Shown here: piece after piece, positions 36,901 through 49,483 of the stretch
Layout: each line of letters begins with the position of its first letter
Position numbering within the stretch: the stretch's first letter is position 1
Assembly: GCF_006345805.1 (NCBI RefSeq)
Contig: NC_042997.1
Span: forward strand, 160,518,001 to 160,582,000
Direction: 5' to 3'
Source: Octopus sinensis
Lineage: Eukaryota
Length of the DNA: 64,000 nucleotides
Notes under the pieces: model-generated
Told to the model about the DNA's origin: nothing
What the model saw: the letters and a program-made list of their open reading frames with translations, nothing else
Database searches by the model: none
Made by a program: the position numbers and the translations under genes

Positions 36901-37260
36901 AGAAAGTATTAATAATAACATAAGAGGACTTTATTTCTTAGATGCTCCAGGAGGTACTTGGAAAAAATTTGTTTCTTAAACGCTGCCTGGCTAAAGTTCG
37001 TCAAGAAAATAAAATAGCTTTAGCTACTTCTACTTCTGGAATTACAGCAACATTTTTACCCAGATGTTGGACTGCTCATTCAACATTCAAGTTAATTTTA
37101 GATTTATCTAACAAAGAAGATCCAGTTTGTAATATATCTAAATTCTGGAATAAGGGAACTATTACAAAGATGTCCCTTAATTGCCTGGGGTGAATGTACC
37201 ATAGCCCACAAAAAAGGCTTTTGAAGCTGTGAACAGAACATTACGAGACGTTAAATGAGG
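33955..37260 (+). mobile_element. Degenerate autonomous-type Helitron (Rep/helicase), 3'-truncated
   Basis: QGQVYHRIG, QQFVVDMY.KIE..RL, PRYMHE, DLFIIFTCNPKWPEI, DNRWVVPY, NIKYVYKY, LDAPGG (Walker A region), TAHSTFKL; many frameshifts. Confidence 0.92.
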
Positions 37261-37269
37261 CACCTTTCA

Positions 37270-39450
37270 AGGTGATTTCCTCTCCCGATTACTCCTTTGC
37301 ATGTCACTGATCAACCAAACTGTAAAAACGAACGGGCAGAAACAAATTGAGGAGTGATGGGGCCACAAGCTTCTGCAAAGCCGGTATATACTTCGAAGTC
37401 GAAATACTGATATAGATCAAGCAACAACCCATCAGTGGCTAAGAAGTTCAGGACTGAAAGTTTCTCCCATGCAACCGATGTCTCAGTGAAACGTGCGAAA
37501 GACACATGCAAAATCAACATCGGAGACTTTACAAACTATAAGATTATAAGTGGAATAAAACAGTAAGTACGTAAATTGTTTAATTACGCATACTCTCGAA
37601 TGCCTATACAATAATGCATACATATCCTTCTCCTAATGTCAATGTCCAAGCTCGTTATGCCTCAATGATAACAAGGCAAAATGCATACCAGATTGACCTT
37701 CACCCATGTAAACAAGGTCCACTCACCCCAGTGAGGAACCAGACTGGATACAAAAAATCAGCTACTGGTTCAAATTTTTCCGAAACACAGGAGCTAGAAC
37801 CCCACAACCGGGGATATTCCAACAGATGTTCAACTACGCTCGTCATCAAATAATTAAAATAAAATGAATGAAAAATGATCATGGGAAGAAAATAAAAAAG
37901 TTCTTAAGGCCTTCTATCATGCCATGTATTTTTCCGCTAATAAATCTAATACTAGACAACCCTACCAAAACTGGATAGAGAAGCACCTTGGAATAAGATC
38001 CTACATAAATAGTAATAAGCTTGCCAACGTCAGGAGAAACATTATAAAAACGAAATGTTTGACAAAAATATAAATCCTCTCATTTACATGGATGATTTAA
38101 AGCTCTTTGCAAAAAAATGACCAACAACTATAGGACTTACTAGGAATTGTTAAACAGTTCAGTGATGATAAATGCGCAAAAGCTACAATTATCAAAGGAA
38201 AAATGATAGAAACGTCCAACGTTAATCTCGACCAGCAGAATGTCATAAAGCAGTTAGAACCAGCGAAGAACTAGCAGTTAGAACTAGCTGTAGTTGAAGG
38301 TGATGGAATCAGATATTTAATGATGAGGAAAAGGATGAGAAAAGAATGTTATTGTAGGGTAAGTGCAATACTCAAGATAGAGCTGAATGCAAGAAACTAG
38401 ATCGAAGCGATCAATACTTTAGCCATACCGGTCGTGACTTATAGTTCCAACATTATTAACTGGTCAATTACTGAAATCTGTAATCTTGATAGAAAAATAC
38501 GAAATTTGTTAACAATACATAGAATGCACCAGCCACGACTTTGCCTGCCAAGAAAAGAGGGTGGCGGTAGACTTTTACAACTGGAATCAACAATGAATAT
38601 TGCCACAACTGATCTGAGCACCTAACTGAAAAACTCTGATGACTGGATGTAAAACTTGTTTTGAAGCATGAAAACAAGAAAACATCATACCCAGTCAAAA
38701 AAAAAAAAAACAGGCAAAGCAATATATAAGTGAATTTCAACACCAACAAGTTTCAGAATTAGACGTATTGGAAACAAGCACATGAAAATTTAAGAGTATG
38801 AAAGCTTTATATATTCTTACTGATAAATGAGAAGAAAAACCTCTCAGTGGCAAATCCACAATAATGCCGATGTTGACAAAGGCCTTACTCATCAATGGTT
38901 AGTGTCTTCTGGCTTAAAATCAAAGGCAGAAGAGTTTATCATAGTAGCCCAAAATCAATGCCTACCTACAAGAAGCTACCAGGCCAACATCTTAAAGAAC
39001 GGCAGCAGCCCAACATGTCGTGTATGTAAAGAAGAAAATGAAACCATTGACCATGTCGTCTCTATGTGCAGTCTTCTTGCGCCTACAGAGTATCTCAATT
39101 GGCATGATAGAGCAGCACAATATTTTCACTAGATAATTTGCAAAGACTTGGACCTGACCCATGATAAAAACTGGTGGGAACACAAATCACTGCCAGTGCT
39201 TGAAAATGACATCTCACTCCTTTGGAACTCACCATTCAAACTCACAGAAAGATGCAAATAGGCCGGACATTATATAGAAGAATTTCAGACCAAACTCCCG
39301 CCTTCTCATCCATATGATTGTTTCAATCGACATGAATATATCTATCAAAAACTACCAGAATCTGTGCAATTATAAAGATCTTGAAGCAGAAATTGGCAAA
39401 ATGTGAAACTTCAAGACTAAAACAATACCTGCCGTCATACGTGCCCTCAT
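37270..39450 (+). mobile_element. Internally deleted R4/Dong element related to 10030-12490
   Basis: N-terminal WEENKKVLKAFYHA...SNKLANVRRNII joined at ~38065 to YMDDLKL, then the CCHC/REL region. Confidence 0.8.
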
Positions 39451-40140
39451 ATGTCATATGTCATATGTGCTCCTTGGGGCATTCAGATGCATACCCCAAG
39501 TGAGAATCTCTACACACCCCACATTCTGTATAAATCATAACATGTCGGTTATGATTCCTCGTGGAATTCACTTGACTCATGTTGTTGCACAATGGACAGG
39601 GTTTACCTCTCTTGCGGCTGTTTTTCAAGGTACAACGTGCAGATACTACGATGTTAGTTTTCTTGGAGTCAGAAATAGAGGTCAATATATCTCTTATATT
39701 TATATTCCGTCTCAAGGCTACAATAAGCGGCTGGGGAAATATCTGTTTGAAACGATTACACTTGCTTGCAACATGCTGGTAACTTTCATGCAACACTTTT
39801 GAAATACCAGCAAAATTTCGGTGCCAGTAATCACTAAAGGAATTCTGTCACATATTGCACTGTGTTTGCTAAAATGATGCATGAAGATGTGACTTTCTTT
39901 GCTAAACTTAGCTATCCCATTTGCTATTTCTTTTAATCGTAATTCACTGTAACTGCGTTTGACATGACGGTGTACAAAATCATCTGCTTGTTGCCAGTAA
40001 TCCCCTATGTCAGTACAAACCAGTTTTATCCTCAAAAATTGGTAGTTCGGATTTGACCGAATTATATGACATAGATACTCAGAGCGGCGGTGGAGGCTTT
40101 TTAAGATTCTTTTCAATCCAATTATGCGAGATTCGATCAT
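39450..40140 (-). mobile_element. Penelope-like element fragment (RT thumb to GIY-YIG start)
   Basis: QFLRIKLVC...RSY, PLIVALRRNINIRDIL, CPLC linker, MIYTECGVCRDSHLG (degenerate IY.I.C..C...Y.G). Confidence 0.75.
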
Positions 40141-40542
40141 CACTATTTTTACTGAAAAATTTTACTTGCACCGCAAAGCAGCAAATCAGTGACCGACAGT
40201 TACTTTGCATACAATATATCGCTAGCAGAAGCGGATCTTAGCTGTCACTCCATTACGCAGGTGCACGCAGCTGACGTGAGCCAAGTAGCCCGAAACCGGC
40301 CGATCCCGCGATCCTGTCAGTTGATGGAGAATAGTAGTACGGTTTCGCTCCCACTGCTAGCGATGTATTGTATTTAAAGGGTGCAGAGTTTGCACCGAAA
40401 ACCAGCTAGCGGAGAATCTGACTGGAGTTAAACTAGTAGTAATATTCAAGTCATTTGTCACTTTGATATGGCTACTTGCTCTACTGTTTAGTATACGTTA
40501 CTACTCTATCTCTTCTTTAGATTTTATAACTAATATTAATAA

Positions 40543-42318
40543 CACTGGGAAACAATTTTAGAGAAAATAATGTCATGCTTTTTACAATTAGTCCTACCTA
40601 AGTTGATGGAGCTGGGTTTAGAAATGCCCTCAGAAACGTTCTATCACGTGAACGTTTTGTTAAACATGAATTCATTTTATTTATCAAAAAATGTTAATTT
40701 TTCCATGAAATGCAATACTGATGTAAGAAACTAACACAAACCAAATAGTACTGTTTATTGTTTAAGAGATACATTGTACAAAATGTGTAATTACACATCT
40801 TAGAATTGATATTTCTGTCAAACTGGAATTTTAGCTACTCAAGGAATGAACGTTCTCTTTGCTACCTTATATGAGTAAATTGCATAACGCCAGTCTCTTT
40901 GCAACTACCTGCAGTAGACAGCATCATATTGGTGTTCCATCTGCCTTGATTTCTAGTCTGCATGTTCTCGATGCCTTGGCTGAACCTTTCTCTTTTCTCG
41001 TCACTTATTGCCATATGATTTTCAAGGAAGTAGTCCAGATGACAGTGCAGAAAATGTACATTTACGCTCATCTTGTAGTCTAGTGATCGAAAAATGGATA
41101 ACAAGGTGTGCACAACTTCTTCATAATTTGATGGCTTCCTGTTTCCCAATAAATCAGATACAACTACAGCAAGCGCATTCCAGGCTTCTTTTGCAATGCT
41201 AAACATAGTCTCCAAAAATAACTCGACCTGCAATAGCCACTTAATGTGGCCCGTCAAACACACTAAACTTAATTTTCTCAGAAGACAAAACTCGAAACTT
41301 TCTCCTTAAGTATTTGAAGCAGTCACTGTCCTAATGTTTCAACACATGTGTTGCACACTATATGAGATACCCACGCTTTGCTTTGTCACCCTGTTTCATG
41401 CTAAAGTAAGGAAGTAAGGTAGGCTTTCTTCACAAAATTTTGTTTCACTGCCTAATCCAGAAATAAGCAAAAGACATCGGGACTGTTTTTACATTCTCTT
41501 CTCTGACAACTGGCCATATTTCTGAAATACAAAACATATTCAAGCTAGTTGTCACTTGGAAAAAGCATTTTCAGGAAAGTCAACAGTTATAATGTAAGCA
41601 AATGCAGGTTTGTGATGGCAAAGTTCCATAAAGTGCATACATACCATGAAATTCTTTCTACAGTTCTTTGACCATGCATGACAAAAAGTGATCTTGACCC
41701 ATGTAACTTTACACTTAAAACATTAATTGCATATTCAGAATTCTAGTTTCCATAAGAAAGAGTTAAGAGTTCAGCAAAGCATGTTTCATCTAGTTTGCAA
41801 TGAATGAAGCAAAGTGTGGGCATATCTAAATGAAGCAAATGAAGCAAAGTGTGGGCATATCTACGGACAAATGCCGTAAATATGAGACATGTATGCTATC
41901 AAGGGCCACAAAAGCATGTTGTTTCTTATCATCCAGTTGTTTAAAGGATATTTCTGTCATCAGCGTGGCATTTAAAACTCATTAGATCGAAAACAATGTA
42001 AGTTGCTCATATTTGATCATTTTTATTTACTGAGGATACTTAAATCGTGAGTTTTGTTTTCACTTTTGTATTTGAATGTACTTTAAATGAAACCGAAAAC
42101 CTATATTTTCAAAGTGATTTCAAGCTCCATACACGGGTTCGAATTTCCTTAGAAATGGTGACAATATCAGAAATGTTATGTTTAAAAAAATGGACATTTG
42201 AGTTCATGAAACATCTTTATGTCATTGAGCAAATGGTTTTCTTTTTTGAAATCAACACTCCTGAATTAATAGGAAACATGTCTCCAACATCAGACAACAA
42301 AAACACTGTTCCCCAGTG
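40543..42318 (-). mobile_element. Chapaev3-like (CMC) DNA transposon remnant
   Basis: CACTGGG(A/G)AACA TIRs, TAA 3-bp TSD on both sides; AW.A...VV..LLGN, MSVNVHFLHCHLDYF, SDEKRERFSQ.I. Confidence 0.75.
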
Positions 42319-42921
42319 TAATAATCCTTTAATTACTTTAGGCACTAATCCTGAAGTATTGTAGGAGGCGTTCCTCAGTGCTGAACTGGTAACTGCCTGA
42401 ATTGGTAATTATCTGAACAGCTAATTACCCAAACTGGTAATTATTTTATCGACTCTGAAAGGATAAAAGGCAAAATCAATATCGATAACATTTGAACTCA
42501 GAAACTAGTGAGCTGGAAGAAATGATGCTACGTATATATTTGATCATAATTGATCATAACTTGCTGAAATATGAAATAGGTTATAACGACTTAAGTTTGG
42601 AATCAATAGGATGTGAAAAATAAAGAATGTAATTTATCACACGAGTAATCGTAAGTGCATTAGGGACAGCAAAGGAAGACAACAGCAAAATATAAAGAGA
42701 AAATCGAAGTAGATTGTGAGACGGAGCTATTGCAAATAGTTTGCTTATTACGAACAGCTAAAATATTACGAGGGAAACTCGAGGACTAGATTGACGAAAA
42801 GGAATGCAAAAGTAAGCGGTGAGGGTTCCTTCATAGCATAGGCTATCGAAGCTGGAAAGTATCAAAACTAAGCTTATTCTTTCTCTCTCCCTCTTTCTCT
42901 CTCTCTTTCTCTTTCTCTCCG

Positions 42922-42961
<40 letters not shown>

Positions 42962-43089
42962 GTGGTGATGATAAAGGACAAAGTGAAAAGATGCTCGTGT
43001 GGTGCTAGATCAAAGGGCTTTGAACAGAATACATTGCTTCAATCAAACTGAACGCGTCATCTTGAAGAAATAGTGGGGGGAACATCAGG

Positions 43090-43790
43090 AAGTAATTGCT
43101 TATGTTGAAGAAAGGAAAGCGTTTTGAGAAAAACTTTGGAACAGGCTAGTGAGACATAGCGAATGTGCAGAGTTGTTAACACAGGTGAAGCGACAAATGG
43201 TAATTAGAGCTTGCAAACGCAGATTGACTGGAATGAATGTAATATGGTTGTATTATAAAAAAAGTATCAAGTCGGATAAGTACATCTATGAGCATGCTTG
43301 CAGTAACAGAAAATATGAAGAAAATAGTCAATAAACATATGGAATACTGGAGTACTGATTTGACTGGAAGAAAAGAGATGAACTTGATATTAAGGAAAGT
43401 CAAAATAACGTATGAATTGGGAAAAGATAAATAATCTCCAATTCATGGATGATAATAAGCGTCATGCGAAAATGAGAAGCAGCAGGAATATCTTGTGCAT
43501 TCTCTTTGTATTTTCTCAAACGATTTAGAAATGAAATTCGGGATTGAAAAGTGCACTATACTGATAATGAAACGCAATAGATTTGAAGGAAATAATGGAG
43601 TTGAAATGCCAAATGGGCAGATAATGAAATCATTTGAGAACGTAGAGTAGGAAAGGTATTTGAGATGACAAAAGACACGAAAAGGAAGAAGTATAGAAAG
43701 AAACTGAGGGAAATATTACAATCGAAGTTGAATTCCAGAAATGATAGTGAAGCCCTAGAAACAATACATACCGAATGAATTGCGGGGTAT
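43090..43790 (+). mobile_element. Decayed R4/Dong RT fragment
   Basis: FMDD, MKFGIEKCTIL remnants. Confidence 0.5.
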
Positions 43791-44464
43791 TCCTAACAGA
43801 CCGATACTGGACGTAGGTGATGGAGCACTCCAATAAAATAAACAATTCGGTGAAAACTTAGCAGAACTAATATTGTCATATGTGGAAGGGAACAAATATC
43901 ATGCAATGTTGTCGGGGTCAGCTACATAAGCGAATGTAAATGTACAATCAAAGTCCAGTATGATGTATTAACAGGGAACTTACAGAACTTGTACCCTGAC
44001 TATAAATTGTCATTTGTACTTATTATCATAGGCTCATTAGCTTATGTACCAACAAGTAGTCCCCAAAACCTAGAAAGAAATATTAGGTTTCAGGAAGAAA
44101 GAGTAAAACAAACTGACTCGAATTCTCCAAATGCAATCTATAAGCAGCACAGTGAAGATTTGTAAGACATTCCAAATTTTCCTCACTTATCACTTTTAGA
44201 TGAATATATGCATACACTTGGGTGAACAGATGCTCATCCGACACACGAATTTAACCACACATTTACAAACACTGGAAACGCTCTTAACTCAAATGTCTTA
44301 TCATTTTCCCATTAACAACTTAAAAATTAAAGACGAGTACATACATACTTACACACGCACACACAGACACACACAGACACACATACAGCCACACACATAT
44401 ACACACATACAATCAGGCACACAAATACATACATACACACACATACACACTCACACATACACAC

Positions 44465-44524
<60 letters not shown>

Positions 44525-44529
44525 CGTAT

Positions 44530-44830
44530 AAAGGGTAAAGATACCCTTCGGTCACGAATAACCATGAGATTGCAAATAGAAATTTCATCTCCGAGACACA
44601 AGTCCGGGCAAGGTTGTCGCCCATGCATAGCAGCCTCCTCTTTCCACGACACCAATGTTATCCAAGGGGAAGGCAAATGCCGATATAGATTGTCACTAAT
44701 GACGTCACATTTCATTTCTACAGCTGAGTCAACTAGATCAACGTGAATAAAGTGCATTGCTTAAGAAAGCAACACAAACCCGATACGGGAATCGAAATTA
44801 CAAGCACATGCTTGTAAGCCCGATTCACTA
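44530..44830 (-). mobile_element. tRNA-derived SINE, third family (related copy 51537-51795)
   Basis: Shared GGTAAAGA.CCCTTCGGTCA.GAAT.ACCATG...ACAAGTC.GGGCAAGGTTG...CTACAGCTGAGT.AACT. Confidence 0.7.
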
Positions 44831-45036
44831 ACTAAGCATAGAACCATGTGCCTTCACTGCGCCATATGTGTGCTAATAATTTGCATTTAATGACATACCT
44901 CTGGGTTCTGTCTCACTGCGTGGAACCTTACAGAAATGTTTTCAACTGTTGCTTCGGCCCCACCAAACCCTTGCGAGAGGATTCGTTAGATCGAATCTCA
45001 AAGAATCCTGTCGCATACACACACACACACACATAC

Positions 45037-45221
<185 letters not shown>

Positions 45222-45533
45222 CCATTTGGGAGTTTTTCCGAGTCTGTATCTCCACCAGTGTTTCACTACCGGTATGGGTGTGTTTACTTACCTATAACCT
45301 TGTAGTTCAATAGAAGGTTCCTCATAACATGTGTGTGTGTATGGGGGGCGTGTGTGTGTATGTGTGTGTGTATGTGTGGGTCTGTGTGCGTAAGATACAT
45401 GTATACACGGAACACACGTACACTGCACACACGTACAATAATTACAAAAAAGTCTTATTTTCTCATCTTTAGGCAAAAAACCCCCAAAAATATATGTATG
45501 TATATGTGTGTTTATGTAAGTGCGTATGCAAAC

Positions 45534-45565
<32 letters not shown>

Positions 45566-45585
45566 AATATATATATATATATATA

Positions 45586-48290
45586 TCAGGTTGAGTATAA
45601 AGTAAGCAACATTTTGAACCGTGAAGAGTTTGTACCGGATTTTTGTAGAGTTGTAAATTATTTTAAAATATTTTTTTGCAATTGTCTGATTATACAGACA
45701 CAGACTTGCTCAAATGCATCAATAAATTATCATTGATATTTTTTTCCATCGTTGTTACAATCATGGTCGACCGAGTTGATCGTTAAATTTTAGTCAAAGT
45801 TGTATTTGTTATTAATTGTTGTATCTTAAAACACTTGTAGTTGCTGCCTTGCGGTATTTTTGTTAACGCTGTCCACCTTGTTTGAAAGGGGAGGTGCTGT
45901 TAAAATGGAGAGAATTAGCTGCTCAGACAGACCTGTCTTCGTCTGAGGAGGAGGTGGCGAGATGTCTAGACGAAATAGATAGATTGACTCAAAGAAGGAG
46001 TTTCACAAAGGCGGTGAGACGGCGGTCTGAAGATGTGTGTCTAGAGGGGATTGAAAGATTCCAAGAAATCATGAAAAGGGAAGGGAACAATGGCAAGGTA
46101 TCCCCTACCAAGGAAACTACCGATAGGACATCCAAAAGAACGGTGTAGCTACGAGGGCTGAAGTGGAAAGGACTCTGTAGCCCATTTGGAAAGAGGTGGA
46201 TTACCTAGCTAGAGAGAGAAAGTTCGCAACGGTGGAGGTGCGGTTTGCTTTCGAGGCTGTGGACAGGCAGCATGCTGTTACTCCCCTCAAGACGGAAGGG
46301 GTGGTCCTTATACCCATTTAGCTGGGAAGACGTGCTCATCGGGTAAGGGTAGAAGTGAGGTGGATGTTGCCTGGCTGATAGCCGCCATCCTACATGGTAT
46401 GGAGGGCCATATTGTGGTCTTCCAGGCAAAAAGAGTACCGACAAGAAATTGGCAAGGGCAGGGCCTGGTAATGGTGATACAGGCTGCCCCAGTGGATCTA
46501 GAAAATATGGTGGAGACCATCAAAGTCGATAGAGACATCAATTTGAGAGTCATGGTGTAGGGCAGGACGCCCAGGTGTTTCAATATTTGAGGAAAAGGCC
46601 ACATTAAGTCAGAATGCTCTCCACCTAGTGCAAAGGAACAAAATGAAAAGGTTTCACCTCCACCTCTGGTGAAGTCGTCTACAAGTGAAGAGGAGCCTCG
46701 AAAGGAAGAAGAGCAGGAACGGACACAAGCTAAAAGAAGGAGGAAAACTAGAAAAAGATCTGAGGGAAAAAATGTGAATTCCCATCCTACTCCCACCGTA
46801 CTCCCATCCGACTCCCACCCGATTCCATTCTGCCACATCCTCTCCCTGCAGTCACCAACCCTTCCCCTGCCTCTACAGACAGATGCCGAAAACTGCCCAA
46901 CCCCCAACCCCAAAAATGTGTTTTGGTTTAATGGAATACTGTGGGACGGAAATATTGGATATAAGCATGACAGCAGACGCAAGTAAGATGCCGTCTAAGT
47001 ATCTTAATTATAAGTTTGTAAAAAATAAGTGAAAAAAGTGTAAAAGAAGTGGCTCGGATGTGGCGTCGAGTGGCTTTGTTCCATTTCCTTATTCCTTTTT
47101 TTCATTTTTCCCATTCGTTTGTCTTTTTTCGTCAGCACTTATGTTTGTATTTGCCCCTCTGTATTTAATTCCTTGTGAGTAATAAAGAAATCGTTGTTAC
47201 TATAATCTGAAATGGAACTGTGAAAGCCCGATATTCGAGCAATTCTTCTATTCAGCTTCAAAAAAGGACGTAAAGCAGCCGAAACTGCTCGCGATATCAG
47301 CGAAACGTTTGGTGAGGAAACTGGTTTAAACGATTTCGCAGTGGAGACCTGAGTCTTGAAGATCGTGAGCGTAATGGACGAACAACTGTCATCGATGACG
47401 GTAAATTAAAGACCGTCATTGAGAAAGATTCACGTAAAACCACTCGAGAACTCGTGAACGAACATCAGGTTAATCAGAAAACTGTTTGCAACTATTTGCA
47501 TGCGATCGGAAAATGACAAAAGTTCGGCAAATGGGTACCACACGATTTGAATGAAAATCAGAAAATGTGCAGATATGAAATTTGCTCGCCGCTTCTTCTC
47601 CGTAACTAGAAATATCCTTTTCTTGACCGTATCGTAACTTGCGATGAAAAGTGGATTCTGTACAATAATGAAAATCGTTTTTCGCGGTTGTTGGACCAAA
47701 ATGGAGCACCGAAAACCTTCCCTAAGCCGGAGTTTTTCGAAAAGAAGGTTATGGTAACAGTTTGATGGTGTATTGCTGAACTTAGCCACTATAACTTCTT
47801 AAAACCCGGAAGAACAATTACTGCAGAAACAAATTGCCATGAAATTGCCAAATTGAACGAAAAACTGCTGCTACTCCTTCCTAGACTGGCCAACAGAAGA
47901 GGGCCAATCATTCTTCATGACAAAGTTCGATCCCACGTTTCACCAATGACGCTCCAGATGTTCAGAGAACTTGGCTACGAAGTGTTTTCCCACCCAGCTT
48001 ATTGCTCAGACCTTTCCCCTACCGACTGCCAGTCTTTCAAGCACCTTGATAGTTTCCTGCGGGCGAAGACGTTAAAAAAATCAAACCGATGCTCAAAGTG
48101 CGTTCAAAGAGTTCATCAGATCCAGAACTCCAAATATGGATGTTACCGGAATAAACAAACTTCTAACACGTTAGCAAAAATGTGTTGATTGTAATGGTAT
48201 TTACTTTGATGAATATAATTTCTGCAGTGTCGAAATATATTGTGATGAATTTCATGCTTCAAAATGTTGCTTACTCTTTACTCAGCCTGA
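45586..48290 (+). mobile_element. Mariner (DD34D) transposon interrupted by a 1.43-kb insertion
   Basis: ~32-bp TIRs TCAGG(T/C)TGAGTA..AGTAAGCAACATTTTGA with TA TSDs; IRAILLFSFKKG, IVTCDEKWILY, HPAYCSDLSPTD; 1263 bp once the insert is removed. Confidence 0.92.
45759..47189 (+). mobile_element. ORF1-only (gag-like, CCHC) retroelement with 11-bp TSD
   Basis: ATCGTTGTTAC at 45748-45758 and 47190-47200; decayed ORF with CFNI*GKGHIKSEC knuckle and charged tail; ends AATAAAGAA; no RT. Confidence 0.7.
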
Positions 48291-48303
48291 TATATATATA
48301 ATA

Positions 48304-48390
<87 letters not shown>

Positions 48391-48412
48391 TATATATATG
48401 TATATATATATA

Positions 48413-48446
<34 letters not shown>

Positions 48447-48837
48447 TATATATATGTATATATATATATTATATATATATATATATATACATATATGTAT
48501 ATATATATACATAAATAGCCCCGTATATATATTTATATATCTGTGTGTGTATGCGTGTGTGGTGTGTTTGTGTGTGCGAGTGTGTGCTCTCTGTGCTTAT
48601 ATATGTGTATGTATTATAGATTTCTCTGTATATTTGAGTTTAAAAAACAAAAGAAAATTCAACTGCTAGGATTATATCTCTGCACTGCAGGTATAAACTT
48701 GTCTGTGTGTATATGTGTATGCGTACACACACACACACACACACACACACGCATACACACACATATACTGGCACACAGACTCACAAACAAACACAAGCAC
48801 ACTTAATTACACACACACACGTACGCACACGCACAGT

Positions 48838-48898
<61 letters not shown>

Positions 48899-49128
48899 GC
48901 ATTCAATTACAAAATATCTTCCTGCGTTAGCAAAGATTCATTCTGCGGCTTGGTTACATTGTAAAGACGTTTTCGCTTTGTTTCGAATAAAAAAAGAGTA
49001 GAACTAAAACGCAAGGCTTATTCAATTCGAAATATATGTAACAAGAGATCTTCTATGCATGAGAAGTGGTAGTTCTTTTTCACTCGTTAACATTTAAAAT
49101 ACTTTTATCTCAATATAATAAAAAAAAT

Positions 49129-49483
49129 ATGTATTGGTTCTCAGTTAGTCAGGTCATCCTAAAAACAAATGTTCACGCAATTACTTTCCCAATGCTGTTA
49201 TTCCAGATATGCTTGGACAGTAATGTAGCATGCAGAGAATACTATGGGATTCCTATTCAACCTCCTGCAGCTGCCATTCCAGAAGTTGACAAATTAATTC
49301 AGGCATCCAACATACAATCGAATATTGAATGTTTTTCCCTCTGCATGGCAAATTCCGCATGTGGTATGATTATTTACAGCGTTTCCGACAAAGTTTGTAT
49401 CCTGCGTAAAATCCAGCAATCACCAGGTGCCACATCATTCATCGACATTCCTCCAAACAGCATTTACACCATGCTACAAGCCC
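49129..49483 (+). CDS. Lectin gene copy B, exon 1: putative signal peptide + PAN/Apple-like domain
   Basis: Paralog of 72-430 (roughly two-thirds amino-acid identity by eye, all Cys kept); 355 nt, phase 1; GTGAGT donor at 49484; in frame with exon 2. Confidence 0.85.

Noticed and set aside
33955-37260. Host PIF1 helicase gene
   Set aside because: Rep motifs precede the helicase, there are no introns and many disablements: a Helitron.
46308-46982. 224-aa minus-strand ORF
   Set aside because: It is the antisense shadow of the + strand ORF1-like sequence in the insert.
49066-49128. N-terminal extension of copy B exon 1 from an upstream non-ATG start
   Set aside because: The ATG at 49129 aligns with the copy A start; the extension is not open in copy A.
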